Notes: generated from the sequence alone by a model not told the origin. A stretch of DNA of 64,000 nt from Bryobacterales bacterium (GCA_965204095.1 OZ241991.1:1360290-1424289), one strand, 5' to 3'. Shown: positions 1-9,568, counted from the first letter of the stretch. A program made the numbers and translations.

Positions 1-377
1 GCGGGCTTTTCGACATAGACGTCTTTACCAGCATCGCAGGCAAGAATCGTGCCCGGGGCGTGCCAATGGATCGGCGTGGACATGACGACCGCGTCGATCG
101 AAGGATCATCCAAAACCTTTCGTATATCACCAAAAAGCTTCGGTTGCTTGCCTTTCAGGTCTTCCACGATCTTCATGGCGGGTCCAACGACGTTCTGGTC
201 GACGTCGCAGACAGAGGGGATGTTCACGTCGGGCAAGGCGCCAAACCATCGGGCCATGGTGCGCCCGCGCCCGCGCAGGCCCATGATGGCGATATTGACT
301 TTTTCGCTGGCAGCCACCGCAGAACTCTTCACAGCGGCGCCTGCCAAAGTCCCTGCTACAAAAGAACGTCTGGTCAT
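1..377 (-). CDS. Gfo/Idh/MocA-family oxidoreductase, N-terminal part (3' end runs off the window)
   Basis: Absent from the ORF track because it is open to the window edge. My translation of the minus strand from the ATG (plus 375-377, AGGAGG 6 nt upstream) gives MTRRSFVAGTLAGAAVKSS...VNIAIMGLRGRGRTMARWF...DAVVMSTPIHWHAPGTILACDAGKDVYVEKP. This is a twin-arginine signal followed by the Rossmann start typical of the family. Confidence 0.75.
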   Translation of the reverse strand, partial: MTRRSFVAGTLAGAAVKSSAVAASEKVNIAIMGLRGRGRTMARWFGALPDVNIPSVCDVDQNVVGPAMKIVEDLKGKQPKLFGDIRKVLDDPSIDAVVMSTPIHWHAPGTILACDAGKDVYVEKP

Positions 378-607
378 GATCTTCCTCCTATCATTGCTGA
401 CTTCGGCTGCAAGCGAGGCCAGTCTCTCTTTGGGAACCCCAGTAGCTCTTCCCGGTCAATCCGTTTCCGACGAGCAAGGATGGCTGAGCTTGGCTTTTTC
501 GTCGCACCAGCGAGGAACGGTAGATCTCTTTCTGTGGTCGGCATTGGGGAGATAGAACCGCGGATGAGCAAAGTGCTGCTGTTGCTGCTCATCCGTGGCT
601 GGTTTGA

Positions 608-3600
608 CTAAAAGCTGAGCCGGGCGCTTATTTGCACCAGGCGGGAATCGCGAGTACTGGTGATCTGTCCGAAGTTGCCCCGTCGAATCCTGTTGGATAT
701 ACCGGAGAAGTTGGTGCGATTCAGGGAGTTGAACATATCGCCGCGGATCTGCAGCCTGACACTCTCGCTCAGGTACAGATTCTTGGACAAAGCGAGATCG
801 AGGGTCCAAAAGCCAAATCCGCGAAGTGCATTGCGGCCGATGTTGCCGGGCCGCAGGGTCGCACCGCTGAGATCGCCCACGGGCACCATGGCGAAAGCGC
901 TCGGGTTGATATATTGCAAGTCCCTCTTATACGAGCTGGAGCTGAGCGTAGCCGGCCCACCGATATAGTCCGGCCGGCTGGAAGCCCGTGCTGAACTTTG
1001 GACGACATTGAGAGGGAGCCCCGTCTGCGCCGTCAAGATGCCGCCAAACTGCCACCCTCCCAAAAGGAGACGCTGCGCTCGGTTGGCGCCCGCCTTTCCA
1101 AAGGGCAGTTCGTAAAGAAAGTTGGAAACGAATCGGTGGCGGATGTCGTACAGTGACGGCCCCTTCTCTATCCTTCGGTTGTAGTTATCCTGCGGCAGGT
1201 CGGCGCTGAGAAGATCACCGCTGCCATGCGACATACTCCTCGCCCAGGTGTAGTACATGTTGAAACTGAGGTTGTCCGCAAAGCGCTTCCGCAACTCCGT
1301 CTGCCACGAGTGATAGTAGCTCGACCCCGTCGCGTCGTAGTGGCTGAAGGAACCATACCCGTCGAGTTGGCGCAGACCCGTCACCGGGTCCACCTGGTTG
1401 CTCAGGATGCGGCCGACCAACTTGACCCCGTGGTTGCCGACGTAGCTTGTTTCCAGAACGAGCGTGTCCGTCAACTGCCTTTGGACGCTCAGTGTCCACT
1501 GCAGGCTGTACGGGTTCGGATTATTGGGGTCGATGGTTGCGCCGCTGATTCGCCCCAATGCCCTCACCAGTGGTTTCGCCTCATCGTTCGACGTCGGGTA
1601 CTTGATCCCGAATCGCTGAATTTCCAGGGTGCTGAACCTCTCCCGGAAAGGCTCGTAGACATCGTTCGAGACGATCAGAACCGGGCCGCCGAAGATGGAA
1701 TGCGTGCTGTGAAAGATGCCGGTTCCGCCCCGCACGACGGTCTTCGCATTGTCGTCCAGCGTCCAGGCAAAACCCAGCCGCGGGGAAAAGTTGTTAAAGT
1801 CTGCCTCGTACATGCTGTCGGGGTCCCTTAACGGTCCGAGCCCGAAGAGTCCGGGCAGGCTGTCACGATTGAAGACGCGGTCGTCTCTTTCGTGTGGCAC
1901 CGACCAGTAATCGTGGCGCACTCCCAGATTCAACATGAAGTTCCGACTGACCTTGAAGTCGTCCTGGAAGAAAAAGCTCGTCTGAAACATGAAGATCCGG
2001 TAGGCGGCTTGCCCGAAGGTATACGTAATCCGTTCGGGCTCGTTGGCGAGCAACTTTTCCTTGTTGGCAAATGAAACGACAGGAACTTCCTCGTTCAGGC
2101 GTCCAGCGAAACGGTTGATGAAGCTCCCCCCGAACTTGATGGAATGGCGGCCCCTCGTCATGGCCACGGTCTCTTCGAAGGTCTTCGTGGAGCCCTCCTT
2201 GAAGTGAACTTCGCCGCAGGTTCCAAACCCGACGCCGGTCACGCAAGGGGTTTCGTTGAGGTCATAGATCCCATCGAGGCGCGGGGTGTCGTTGAAGTTG
2301 TAGCCGAACGTCGTTTCCGAGGTCCAAGTGGGCTTCGCGTGGGTAACGCGAATCGTCACCGCTTCCGAGCGCCCCGACCATTCCCTGAAGTTATGTGGGC
2401 CTACCCCAGGGCCTCGGGGAATGGTTCGCGAGGGTCGCAGCCGCGAGTACCGGCCACTGACAAAGGTGTCGTTTCGGAAGTTCCAGTCCCAACGAGTAAA
2501 GACGTGGTTGTCCACGGCCGACTCGCTCTGCGCCCCCCGGAAAGTACCTATGTCTGCATCGGGTCCGTGTGGTTCCGTGGGGAGACCGAAAAGGCCCAGG
2601 TAAGCCTCCAGCTCCGGCGATGGGATGGCCGCCATCATTTCCTCCCGGAACTTCGGGGTTGGCACGGGACCGACCACGGACCGGAATGACTTCAATCGAT
2701 ACCCGTCATAGAGGCCGAAGGCGAACAGCTTGTTTTTGATGATGGGACCGCCCACCGAGCCGCCAAATTGGTTGTAAACCAGGGGTGGCTTGCCGGCTAC
2801 GAAGAAATTGCGGGCACTGAGATTTTCCGTCTGGTTCTGTTCGAACACCGACCCGTGGATCTCGTTTGACCCGCGCTTGGTGGTGAGATTGACGTTGCCC
2901 GACATCGAACCGATCTCCGCCGAGGTGATTCCCTTCGCGACATTGACCTCCTCGATGGCGTCCAGGCTGATCGCCTTGATGAAGAGGAAGTTCTGATACA
3001 TGGTCACTGAGGGAAATTCCGAGTCCATTTCGTTGTCGGTGCCGTCTACGGTAAGCCGAAACCCCGCCGCCGGCAAGGCGTTCATCGTGACCGTGCCGGA
3101 GCCTGTCACGGTCGCACCGTTGTTCAGGTTGAGCAATTGGCTCCAGTCCCGCCGGTATGACGGCAATTCCTTGACCTGGGTCTCATTAAGGTCCTTCCGT
3201 TGCTCGGCGTTGACCGTGCTGATCAAGACATTCTCGGCCGTTACCTCGACCGTCTCGGTAACAGCCCCCACCTGAAGGCTGAAGCTTCGGCGGACCCTCT
3301 GCCCCGCGATCAGGCTTAAACCGGTTTGCCTCAGCGGGCTGAAGCCGGGAGCCTCAATGGTAATCGCGTATTCTCCTCCCGGCAACGAGCTGAAGGTGAA
3401 CTCGCCAACGGCACTCGACGTCGCAGACAGACTCACGCCGGTAAGATCATTGCTCAACGTTACCGTCGCTTCCCCGATGGCAGCGTTCGAAGAGTCGAGC
3501 ACAGTGCCGTACAGGATCGCCGTTGCCACTTGGGCGTGCACTGCACTGCCGAGCAGGAGCGCACAAACTATCGTGATCGTTGTGGTGAGAAGTAAACTCG

Positions 3601-3610
3601 TTCGATTCAT
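608..3610 (-). CDS. TonB-dependent outer-membrane receptor with N-terminal carboxypeptidase-regulatory-like domain
   Basis: 1000-aa ORF. Signal peptide MNRTSLLLTTTITIVCALLLGSAVHAQ, then a CarboxypepD_reg-like stretch (GTVLDSSNAAIGEATVTL...GEYAITIEAPGF), and a C-terminal ...LVQISARLSF ending in Phe as in beta-barrel outer-membrane proteins. AGGAGG lies upstream of the ATG. Confidence 0.9.
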   Translation of the reverse strand: MNRTSLLLTTTITIVCALLLGSAVHAQVATAILYGTVLDSSNAAIGEATVTLSNDLTGVSLSATSSAVGEFTFSSLPGGEYAITIEAPGFSPLRQTGLSLIAGQRVRRSFSLQVGAVTETVEVTAENVLISTVNAEQRKDLNETQVKELPSYRRDWSQLLNLNNGATVTGSGTVTMNALPAAGFRLTVDGTDNEMDSEFPSVTMYQNFLFIKAISLDAIEEVNVAKGITSAEIGSMSGNVNLTTKRGSNEIHGSVFEQNQTENLSARNFFVAGKPPLVYNQFGGSVGGPIIKNKLFAFGLYDGYRLKSFRSVVGPVPTPKFREEMMAAIPSPELEAYLGLFGLPTEPHGPDADIGTFRGAQSESAVDNHVFTRWDWNFRNDTFVSGRYSRLRPSRTIPRGPGVGPHNFREWSGRSEAVTIRVTHAKPTWTSETTFGYNFNDTPRLDGIYDLNETPCVTGVGFGTCGEVHFKEGSTKTFEETVAMTRGRHSIKFGGSFINRFAGRLNEEVPVVSFANKEKLLANEPERITYTFGQAAYRIFMFQTSFFFQDDFKVSRNFMLNLGVRHDYWSVPHERDDRVFNRDSLPGLFGLGPLRDPDSMYEADFNNFSPRLGFAWTLDDNAKTVVRGGTGIFHSTHSIFGGPVLIVSNDVYEPFRERFSTLEIQRFGIKYPTSNDEAKPLVRALGRISGATIDPNNPNPYSLQWTLSVQRQLTDTLVLETSYVGNHGVKLVGRILSNQVDPVTGLRQLDGYGSFSHYDATGSSYYHSWQTELRKRFADNLSFNMYYTWARSMSHGSGDLLSADLPQDNYNRRIEKGPSLYDIRHRFVSNFLYELPFGKAGANRAQRLLLGGWQFGGILTAQTGLPLNVVQSSARASSRPDYIGGPATLSSSSYKRDLQYINPSAFAMVPVGDLSGATLRPGNIGRNALRGFGFWTLDLALSKNLYLSESVRLQIRGDMFNSLNRTNFSGISNRIRRGNFGQITSTRDSRLVQISARLSF

Positions 3611-3733
3611 GGACCCTCCTTATGTCGTGCTACCGTTTTCTAAGGTGTGCAAAGCAAGTCAACCGGCCACCTGACGCACGAATCGCCCGTCCCCTGTGGT
3701 GGGTGAGAACTGGTCCTCGTACCGCAACGCTAG

Positions 3734-3909
3734 CCTGCATTTCTCACCACGAGGCGAGGTGAAGTGCGTGAGAGGGCCGTCAGGACGAGGCGCGAGCCGC
3801 TTGGCGCGCGCAGGCGTACTTGACAGTACGTCGAGCACGGCAAGCAAGCGCAACGAAGTCCTGGCGGTCCTATCGCGTGCTTCGACCGTCGGGTGGTGAG
3901 AAATGCAGG
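3734..3909 (+). mobile_element. MITE copy 1 (subfamily A, 176 bp)
   Basis: Termini CCTGCATTTCTCACCAC ... GTGGTGAGAAATGCAGG. Flanking direct repeats CTAG (3730-3733) and CTAG (3910-3913). No coding capacity. Confidence 0.9.
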
Positions 3910-4663
3910 CTAGTGAATGTCTTTTACGTTGTGGATCTTCCGGGTTCTTGGCGGGCGCCTGCGTGCGAGCGCGCTGAAATCCCCATTTCCTCCCCCCGAA
4001 TGATTGCAGGTCGATCCTCGCCGTCAACGGTCCGCTTCGTCGCGTCGAGGGCGCGCCATTGACTGCTCCGGACCGACCGGAAACAACGAACTGGTGTGAG
4101 GGAAAAGGGATGAACCGACAGGCAGGTTGGTCACGGGTAGCGCGATCAAGCATGAACTGGCTTTTTGGTCGCCAGCACTCTTCAATCGCCCTTCGGAGTC
4201 CGCTCAGCACTGAGGCCTCCGCCACCCGCGATATTTCGGTCTAAGCTAACCGCACCATCAAATTATCGAAATGTCAAGTAGATATTTGAAATATTTTCAA
4301 CAGACAACAAAAACGTCCCTTTGGGGGCGGCAGGAAGGGGGGAACCTCTCGTTGCGATTCGAGTCCTGCTCACTCCTGGCGGGGGTTTTCCGCCCTTCCC
4401 ATCCGGCCCGTCATTTCCACCGCCCGTTTTCAACTGGTCGCCGCGCGTTGTTCCGACAGCAGCGGCCGGCGCCAGGATGATTTGACGACGGCTTGTACGG
4501 CCGTGGAGCGATTCGTGGTTGCGGCTTGGGACGCGCTTTCAGCGGCGGCGGGAGGGTCTCGTCAAAGGGCGCCGTCGATCGCTGGAAACGCACCCGCAAC
4601 TCGCCGCCCCGGGTGTGCTCAAGGGTCTCCCTTGTCAGAAGGATGCTCTTGCCGATGCTCTAA

Positions 4664-4840
4664 CCTGCATTTCTCACCACGCGGCGAGGCGAAGTGCGTG
4701 AGAGGGCCGTCAGGACGAGGCGCGCGCCGCTTGGCGCGCGCAGGCGTACTTGAACCGTACGTTGAGCACGGCAAGCAAGCGCAACGAAGTCATGGCGGTC
4801 GTATCGCGTGCTTCGACCGTCGGGTGGTGAGAAATGCAGG
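4664..4840 (+). mobile_element. MITE copy 2 (subfamily A, 177 bp)
   Basis: Same terminal IRs. Perfect TSD CTAA (4660-4663) / CTAA (4841-4844). Ends 41 nt before the isochorismatase-family start codon. Confidence 0.9.
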
Positions 4841-4885
4841 CTAAGCCGGGGCTGCATCGCTCCCCTCATCAGATACAATCGGGCC

Positions 4886-5473
4886 ATGGCGTTCACGAAT
4901 GGACTCATCCATCCCGAGAACACGGCCTTGGTTGTCGTCGACTTGCAGGAGAAGCTGACGCCTGCCATTAGCGGGATCAACGGTGTGCTCGCCAACACGA
5001 AAAAGCTTCTTCACTTGGCGAAGATCCTTACTCTGAAGACCTTGGTTACGACGCAATACCGGAAGGGGCTTGGCGATACGGTATCGGAGATCGCCCAGCT
5101 TTTCGAGACAGAACCCATTGACAAGATCTGCTTCGGCTGCCTTGGAGACGATATCTTCGAGCGGCAACTGAACGCTGCTTTGCCGAACGGAGGAGCAGTC
5201 GTTCTTTGCGGCATCGAAGCACACATTTGTGTCAACCAGACTGCTCTCGGGGCGCTTGCCAAAGGCTACGGCGTACACGTTGTGGCGGACGCCGTCGGCT
5301 CGCGTACGGCAGAGAACCGGCAGATCGGCATCCAACGCATGCGCGACGCGGGCGCGGTGGTCTCCTCCACCGAGATGGCGATTTACGAGTTGTTGGGCGA
5401 CAGCCGCCGTCCTGAGTTCAAACAGATGCTGCCTTATCTCAAGCAGGCCGCGGGAAAGCCGGACGGGCACTAG
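4886..5473 (+). CDS. isochorismatase-family (cysteine) hydrolase
   Basis: MAFTNGLIHPENTALVVVDLQEKL...VVLCGIEAHICVNQTAL matches the family's D/K/C catalytic pattern. The track ORF starts at 4808 inside MITE copy 2, so I moved the start to the first ATG after the MITE (4886). The stop TAG (5471-5473) lies in the TSD of MITE copy 3. Confidence 0.85.
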   Translation: MAFTNGLIHPENTALVVVDLQEKLTPAISGINGVLANTKKLLHLAKILTLKTLVTTQYRKGLGDTVSEIAQLFETEPIDKICFGCLGDDIFERQLNAALPNGGAVVLCGIEAHICVNQTALGALAKGYGVHVVADAVGSRTAENRQIGIQRMRDAGAVVSSTEMAIYELLGDSRRPEFKQMLPYLKQAAGKPDGH

Positions 5474-5650
5474 CCTGCATTTCTCACCACGTGGCGAGGC
5501 GAAGTGCGTGAGAGGGCCGTCAGGATGAGGCGCGCGCCGCTTGGCGCGCGCAGGCATACTTGAACAGTACGTTGAGCACGGCAAGCAAGCGCAACGAAGT
5601 CCTGGCGGTCGTATGGCGTGCTTCGGCCGTCGGGTGGTGAGAAATGCAGG
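5474..5650 (+). mobile_element. MITE copy 3 (subfamily A, 177 bp)
   Basis: Same terminal IRs. Flanks CTAG (5470-5473) / TTAG (5651-5654). Confidence 0.9.
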
Positions 5651-5739
5651 TTAGTAGGCGTCGCTTCAACGGTCTCGCAAGGTTGACGGCGCAAGCAGGT
5701 GGATGGCCTCGGTTCTATTCGCCCCCCCCCCCCGACCTG

Positions 5740-5768
5740 TTGACAAACATGTGTCCGTGATTTAGTAA
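5740..5768 (+). promoter_or_regulatory. candidate sigma70-type promoter of the IclR-family gene
   Basis: Perfect TTGACA (5740-5745), a 17-nt spacer, then TAGTAA (5763-5768). The ATG at 5780 would leave a leader of only a few nt. A C12 homopolymer (5722-5733) lies just upstream. Pattern match only. Confidence 0.4.
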
Positions 5769-5779
5769 TAGCGTTCAGA

Positions 5780-6556
5780 ATGTCGGACACGGAAAGGCCT
5801 GACAAGCCGCACGCCACCATGGTTGCCCGCGCTCTCCGGATCATGGAGACACTGGACAGTTCCCGGCGCGGCTTGAACATTTCCGAGATCAGCCGCAAGC
5901 TGGGCATCCCCAAGAGCAGCACGCACGTCATCATTCTCACTCTCGAAGAGCTTGACTATGTGAACAAGGCGCCGTCGACGCGCCGCTACTCGCTCGGATT
6001 GAAGGCCTACGGACTCGGCCAAAGGATGATGAAGTCGTTCTCGATGGCCGAGGTCGCGCGGCCGGTGATGCAGAAACTCGTGGATAGCACCGACCTGACG
6101 AGCCACCTCGCTGTGCTCGACAAAGGTCAGGCAGTATGCATTCAAAAGGTCGAGCCGCCCAGTTTGATCCAGTTCGACACCAGGATCGGTCGCAGAATGG
6201 ATCTTCATTGCAGCGGCGTCGGAAAGGTGATTCTCGCCCACAGCGGGGACGATCTGCTGCAGGATTTCCTATCCAAGAAGGTCTTTATTCGGCACACGCG
6301 CAAGACGATCAGTTCGTCGCAAGCCCTGGAGCGGGAAACCATGAAGATTCGCCGGCAGCGATACGCGCTGGATGATCAGGAAGAGGAGTTGGAAGTCCGC
6401 TGTGTGGCCGTTCCGGTCTTCAACCGGCTTCACGAGTTCTCCGGAGCCCTCAGCGTTACCGGAACGACAGGTCAAATCCCAATCAGCCGCATCAAGTCTC
6501 TCGTCAAGGTTCTCAAGCAAAGCTCCTCCGATATCTTCGACGTTCCCATCCTCTGA
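5780..6556 (+). CDS. IclR-family transcriptional regulator
   Basis: 258 aa. N-terminal winged HTH (ALRIMETLDSSRRGLNISEISRKLGIPKSSTHVIILTLEELDYV) and a C-terminal IclR effector-domain-like region. The stop TGA (6554-6556) directly abuts MITE copy 4. Confidence 0.9.
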   Translation: MSDTERPDKPHATMVARALRIMETLDSSRRGLNISEISRKLGIPKSSTHVIILTLEELDYVNKAPSTRRYSLGLKAYGLGQRMMKSFSMAEVARPVMQKLVDSTDLTSHLAVLDKGQAVCIQKVEPPSLIQFDTRIGRRMDLHCSGVGKVILAHSGDDLLQDFLSKKVFIRHTRKTISSSQALERETMKIRRQRYALDDQEEELEVRCVAVPVFNRLHEFSGALSVTGTTGQIPISRIKSLVKVLKQSSSDIFDVPIL

Positions 6557-6829
6557 CCTGTATTTCTCACCACGTGGCGAGGCGAAGTGCGTGAGAGGGC
6601 CGTCAGGACGAGGTGCAACCCGGGCGGAGGAAAAAGGCGCGCGCAGGCGTACTTGCCGAATCGCTTCCTTCACCCCTCGGGTCAAGAAACACGGCCTTTA
6701 GCGTTCACAGGCCGTCGGACATTTCTTCTGGAGCGAACCAAGCCTCACCGAATGCTTTTCACGAGACACGAATCACGAATCACGGCCTTTTATCGCGTGC
6801 TTCAACCGTCGGGTGGTGAGAAAGGCAGG
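6557..6829 (+). mobile_element. MITE copy 4 (chimeric, 273 bp)
   Basis: Both MITE termini are present (CCTGTATTTCTCACCAC ... GTGGTGAGAAAGGCAGG), with flanks CTGA / CTAA. The central ~50 bp is replaced by ~135 bp (about 6654-6790) that includes a heptad block CACGAGA CACGAAT CACGAAT CACGGCC (6760-6787), the same block type as in the 13-14 kb array. Confidence 0.85.
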
Positions 6830-6932
6830 CTAAGCGGCACCAGGTCGTTCGGAGTGCCGGACGAGCCTTCGCGGACAGCGGCTTGGGCGCTGTTTCGTGA
6901 GTTCCACGCCGTGCCGGCTACAGAGCTGTCCT

Positions 6933-9155
6933 TCAGAAATGGACCGGCTGAGCGAGAGCGCCGTTGCCTGCCGAATCGAACGCGGCGAAACGCACCCACT
7001 TCTTCCCTTTGGTGCGAATCGGTATCCGGAAGCGCTTGCTGGAGTGCGGAGCCAGATCAGTGGTCGAGATGATCCGGCGGCTGACCGTCTTGCCGTCACC
7101 CCAAACGACTTCCACGAAGTCGAGGGGGAACGTCCATTCGACTTGGGCCGAAATGGTTCTGTCGTCGCCGGACCCTTCCACTGCGTATTCACTAATGAGG
7201 ACCTCGCCGCTCGTCACGAAGAAGTCACCGGCGCGCATGGCGCTCGTGATCGGGCTCCAGTCCTCATTGAAACGCGGCAGCGGGTCGACCTTGATGTAGT
7301 TGACGAGCAGCTCGCCATAGATCTCGTCTTCGGGAAACTTCATGTAGGTGTCACCCTCGGATACGAGATATTTCGGGCCGGACCAGTTATTCATGTCATC
7401 GAGCACGCCGATGCAGCGGGACTCGCAGATACGCTTCTCGGAGAGGTCGACGGGCAGTGACTGGTAAGCGCCGCCGAGGTAGCGGTCGCTATTGAAGTGA
7501 GCCGTCTCGCGGATGGCGTCGGGATAGGGCGTCGAACCCTTCGTGCGCGGATGAGCTTGCCAGATGAGTCCCTGCTCGAGCTCGAGGAGTTCCAGCATAT
7601 CCTTCGCGGAACCGGTGCGATATACCTTGCCGAACTTCGGATGGTCCTCGACGAACGGCTGACCGGCTAGCCGGACTTTTGTCCAATACACGGGCTTGGG
7701 GAAGACAGCCGTGTAATGTCCACCGATATGCGCGTTCGGCTCTTCACCGGGCATGAGCAGAAATTCGCGGTCGGAGTGGCGGGCGCAGGCCTTGAAATAA
7801 CTATCGAGATCGTTGTAGCGAATGTCGCCGGAGTCGTCCGGGGAGCCATCTCCGTGGAAATCGCTCATCATCGCGATGTTGATGCCGAGAGCGCGGAACG
7901 CGGGCAACCACGGCGGCCGAAAATCAAGGGTTCCCGCGTCCAGTAACTGCTCGGCAAAATGCGTGTGGAAGTGGCTGACCGCCACTTGATAACCCTTGAG
8001 GGGCTTGAATTGGTCGTTGTGGGTAAAAGCCAGCACGGCTCGCTGCGTCTCCTCCCAGGCGGCAGGGCTCAGATAGAAATAGGCCGCCATGCGCTGCCAG
8101 GTGCCCGGGGGGGCGTTGTACATGGCGAAGTTCCCGAGCGCGAAGCGCCTGGACTGGTTCAACCGCTTTCCCCATAGCTCATCCGAGACGCCATAGGGCC
8201 GGAACATCTCTTCGTAGTCGCCATGGCGAACACCGGCCGAGAACGATCCCTCGTCGTCCATGCGGTACCAGACGTAGCCGAGGTTCAACTCGATCTCGCG
8301 CGCCCAGAAAAACTTGTGCGACGGAGGGAAGAATGCAAGGGTGCCGTTGGGTGTTTCGATGAGACCGAGGCGATTGCGCGCACGCAATGCCACTGGACCT
8401 TCGTTGACCGTGCCGCCAAACTCGTACTTCTGCCAGGCGCGCGACACATCCCGCCAGCGGACGCGGCTGCCCTCCGTTGAAAAGCCCTTCAGCCCGGCGC
8501 GGTATTTGTAGGCAACGGATGGCTCGTCTGTTTTTGCGATCACTTCTTGACGGATGAGATTCGTGCCGCGGTAGACGGTGTACTGCAGGCGCCCCGAGAA
8601 GATGCCCATCGAAAGGCCGGGAAATGAAACCTCGATGCGCGCGCCGTCCGTTTTTACCTTGCAACTCGTAGCGTTGTAAGTGGCGGGGGAGCGGCGAATT
8701 TCATCTTCACGTCGGGGCAGGTCGGTGTTGACGCCTTCGAGCCCCGGAACGCGGAGAGGCGCATCCCAAAAGACTTTCCACTTTTCTTTCTCGATCACAG
8801 CGGGAGTGATTGGCTGCCCCAGGTCCCGGATAGGGTTCAGTTGCTGGTGCGAGATACGACGCACACCGCTGGTAACAAGAAAATCCGGCTTGAGGTCGGT
8901 AGCGACGGGCTTCCAGGACCAATCGGGACCGCGAACGGCCATCTGACGAATGACAGGCTGTGTGCCATCAATCCCGAAGTCGAGCCGCAGGCTGGAGCCG
9001 CGCTCGCCCGTCCAGTGGACAGTAAGCGTATCGTTGTCGAGTTTTGCCTGAAGCCCTTGCTGCTCCTGATAGGAGCTCATGTCGCAGTTGAGGACGGCGC
9101 TCCCGGAGCTCAGTGGAAGAAGGAAGAGAACGAGGGTGACAAGTGTTTGGCGCAT
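6933..9155 (-). CDS. secreted hypothetical protein (C-terminal half has metal-hydrolase-like His clusters, e.g. VSHFHTHF, MSDFHGDG)
   Basis: Long ORF. The track start (9404) lies inside MITE copy 5, so I re-set it to MRQTLVTLVLFLLPLSSGSA (ATG at 9155), which looks like a signal peptide. The function is not recognised; the His motifs are only suggestive. Confidence 0.7.
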   Translation of the reverse strand: MRQTLVTLVLFLLPLSSGSAVLNCDMSSYQEQQGLQAKLDNDTLTVHWTGERGSSLRLDFGIDGTQPVIRQMAVRGPDWSWKPVATDLKPDFLVTSGVRRISHQQLNPIRDLGQPITPAVIEKEKWKVFWDAPLRVPGLEGVNTDLPRREDEIRRSPATYNATSCKVKTDGARIEVSFPGLSMGIFSGRLQYTVYRGTNLIRQEVIAKTDEPSVAYKYRAGLKGFSTEGSRVRWRDVSRAWQKYEFGGTVNEGPVALRARNRLGLIETPNGTLAFFPPSHKFFWAREIELNLGYVWYRMDDEGSFSAGVRHGDYEEMFRPYGVSDELWGKRLNQSRRFALGNFAMYNAPPGTWQRMAAYFYLSPAAWEETQRAVLAFTHNDQFKPLKGYQVAVSHFHTHFAEQLLDAGTLDFRPPWLPAFRALGINIAMMSDFHGDGSPDDSGDIRYNDLDSYFKACARHSDREFLLMPGEEPNAHIGGHYTAVFPKPVYWTKVRLAGQPFVEDHPKFGKVYRTGSAKDMLELLELEQGLIWQAHPRTKGSTPYPDAIRETAHFNSDRYLGGAYQSLPVDLSEKRICESRCIGVLDDMNNWSGPKYLVSEGDTYMKFPEDEIYGELLVNYIKVDPLPRFNEDWSPITSAMRAGDFFVTSGEVLISEYAVEGSGDDRTISAQVEWTFPLDFVEVVWGDGKTVSRRIISTTDLAPHSSKRFRIPIRTKGKKWVRFAAFDSAGNGALAQPVHF

Positions 9156-9293
9156 GGCGGTTCGGAGCCCGGCGAGGTGCCGGCTTACCCGGTTTAGCTT
9201 GTGGCAATAGGATAGAACGAAAAAGACGGAACCTGCTTTGCGCTCCCGAACTGCCCGACGGTTCTGTCGGCATCTCAGCAAACGCGATATTAA

Positions 9294-9470
9294 CCTGCAT
9301 TTCTCACCACGCGGCGAGGCGAAGTGCGTGAGAGGGCCGTCAGGACGAGGCGCGAGCCGCTTGGCGCGCGCAGGCGTACTTGAACCGTACGTTGAGCACG
9401 GCAAGCAAGCGCAACGAAGTCCTGGCGCTCGTATCGTGTGCTTCGACCGTCGGGTGGTGAGAAATGCAGG
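9294..9470 (+). mobile_element. MITE copy 5 (subfamily A, 177 bp)
   Basis: Same terminal IRs. Perfect TSD TTAA (9290-9293) / TTAA (9471-9474). Confidence 0.9.
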
Positions 9471-9568
9471 TTAAATGCGGACGCGTTGTTTGGGCGAAGC
9501 CGGCAGATCCGGTCGAGAACCTTGGGGGAATAACAGGACCAGGAGGGAAGAAGAGGGGAGCGCCACTC

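Noticed and set aside
4345-4375. tRNA-like T-arm (GATTCGAGTCC) suggesting a tRNA or an integration site.
   Set aside because: The flanking bases do not form a T-stem, and no acceptor, D or anticodon arms can be drawn.
4808-4885. N-terminal extensions of track ORFs that read out of MITEs (4808, 9404, 48475, 48499, 58180; peptides such as ...RLARAGVLE.YVEHGKQAQRS... or ...LHFSPRGE.KCVRGPSGRGA...).
   Set aside because: The same 'peptides' recur wherever a MITE lies, in several frames. Each affected gene has a plausible signal peptide or family-typical N-terminus at a downstream ATG, sometimes with an SD. The extensions are artefacts of open frames in the GC-rich MITE.
4664-5650. MITE-gene-MITE units (copies 2 and 3 around the isochorismatase-family gene; copies 3 and 4 around iclR) as composite transposons or mobile insertion cassettes.
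   Set aside because: Copy 2 has its own perfect CTAA/CTAA duplication. The outer flanks of the putative composites do not match (CTAA vs TTAG; CTAG vs CTAA). This indicates independent single insertions. Mobilisation as a unit is not excluded but is unsupported.
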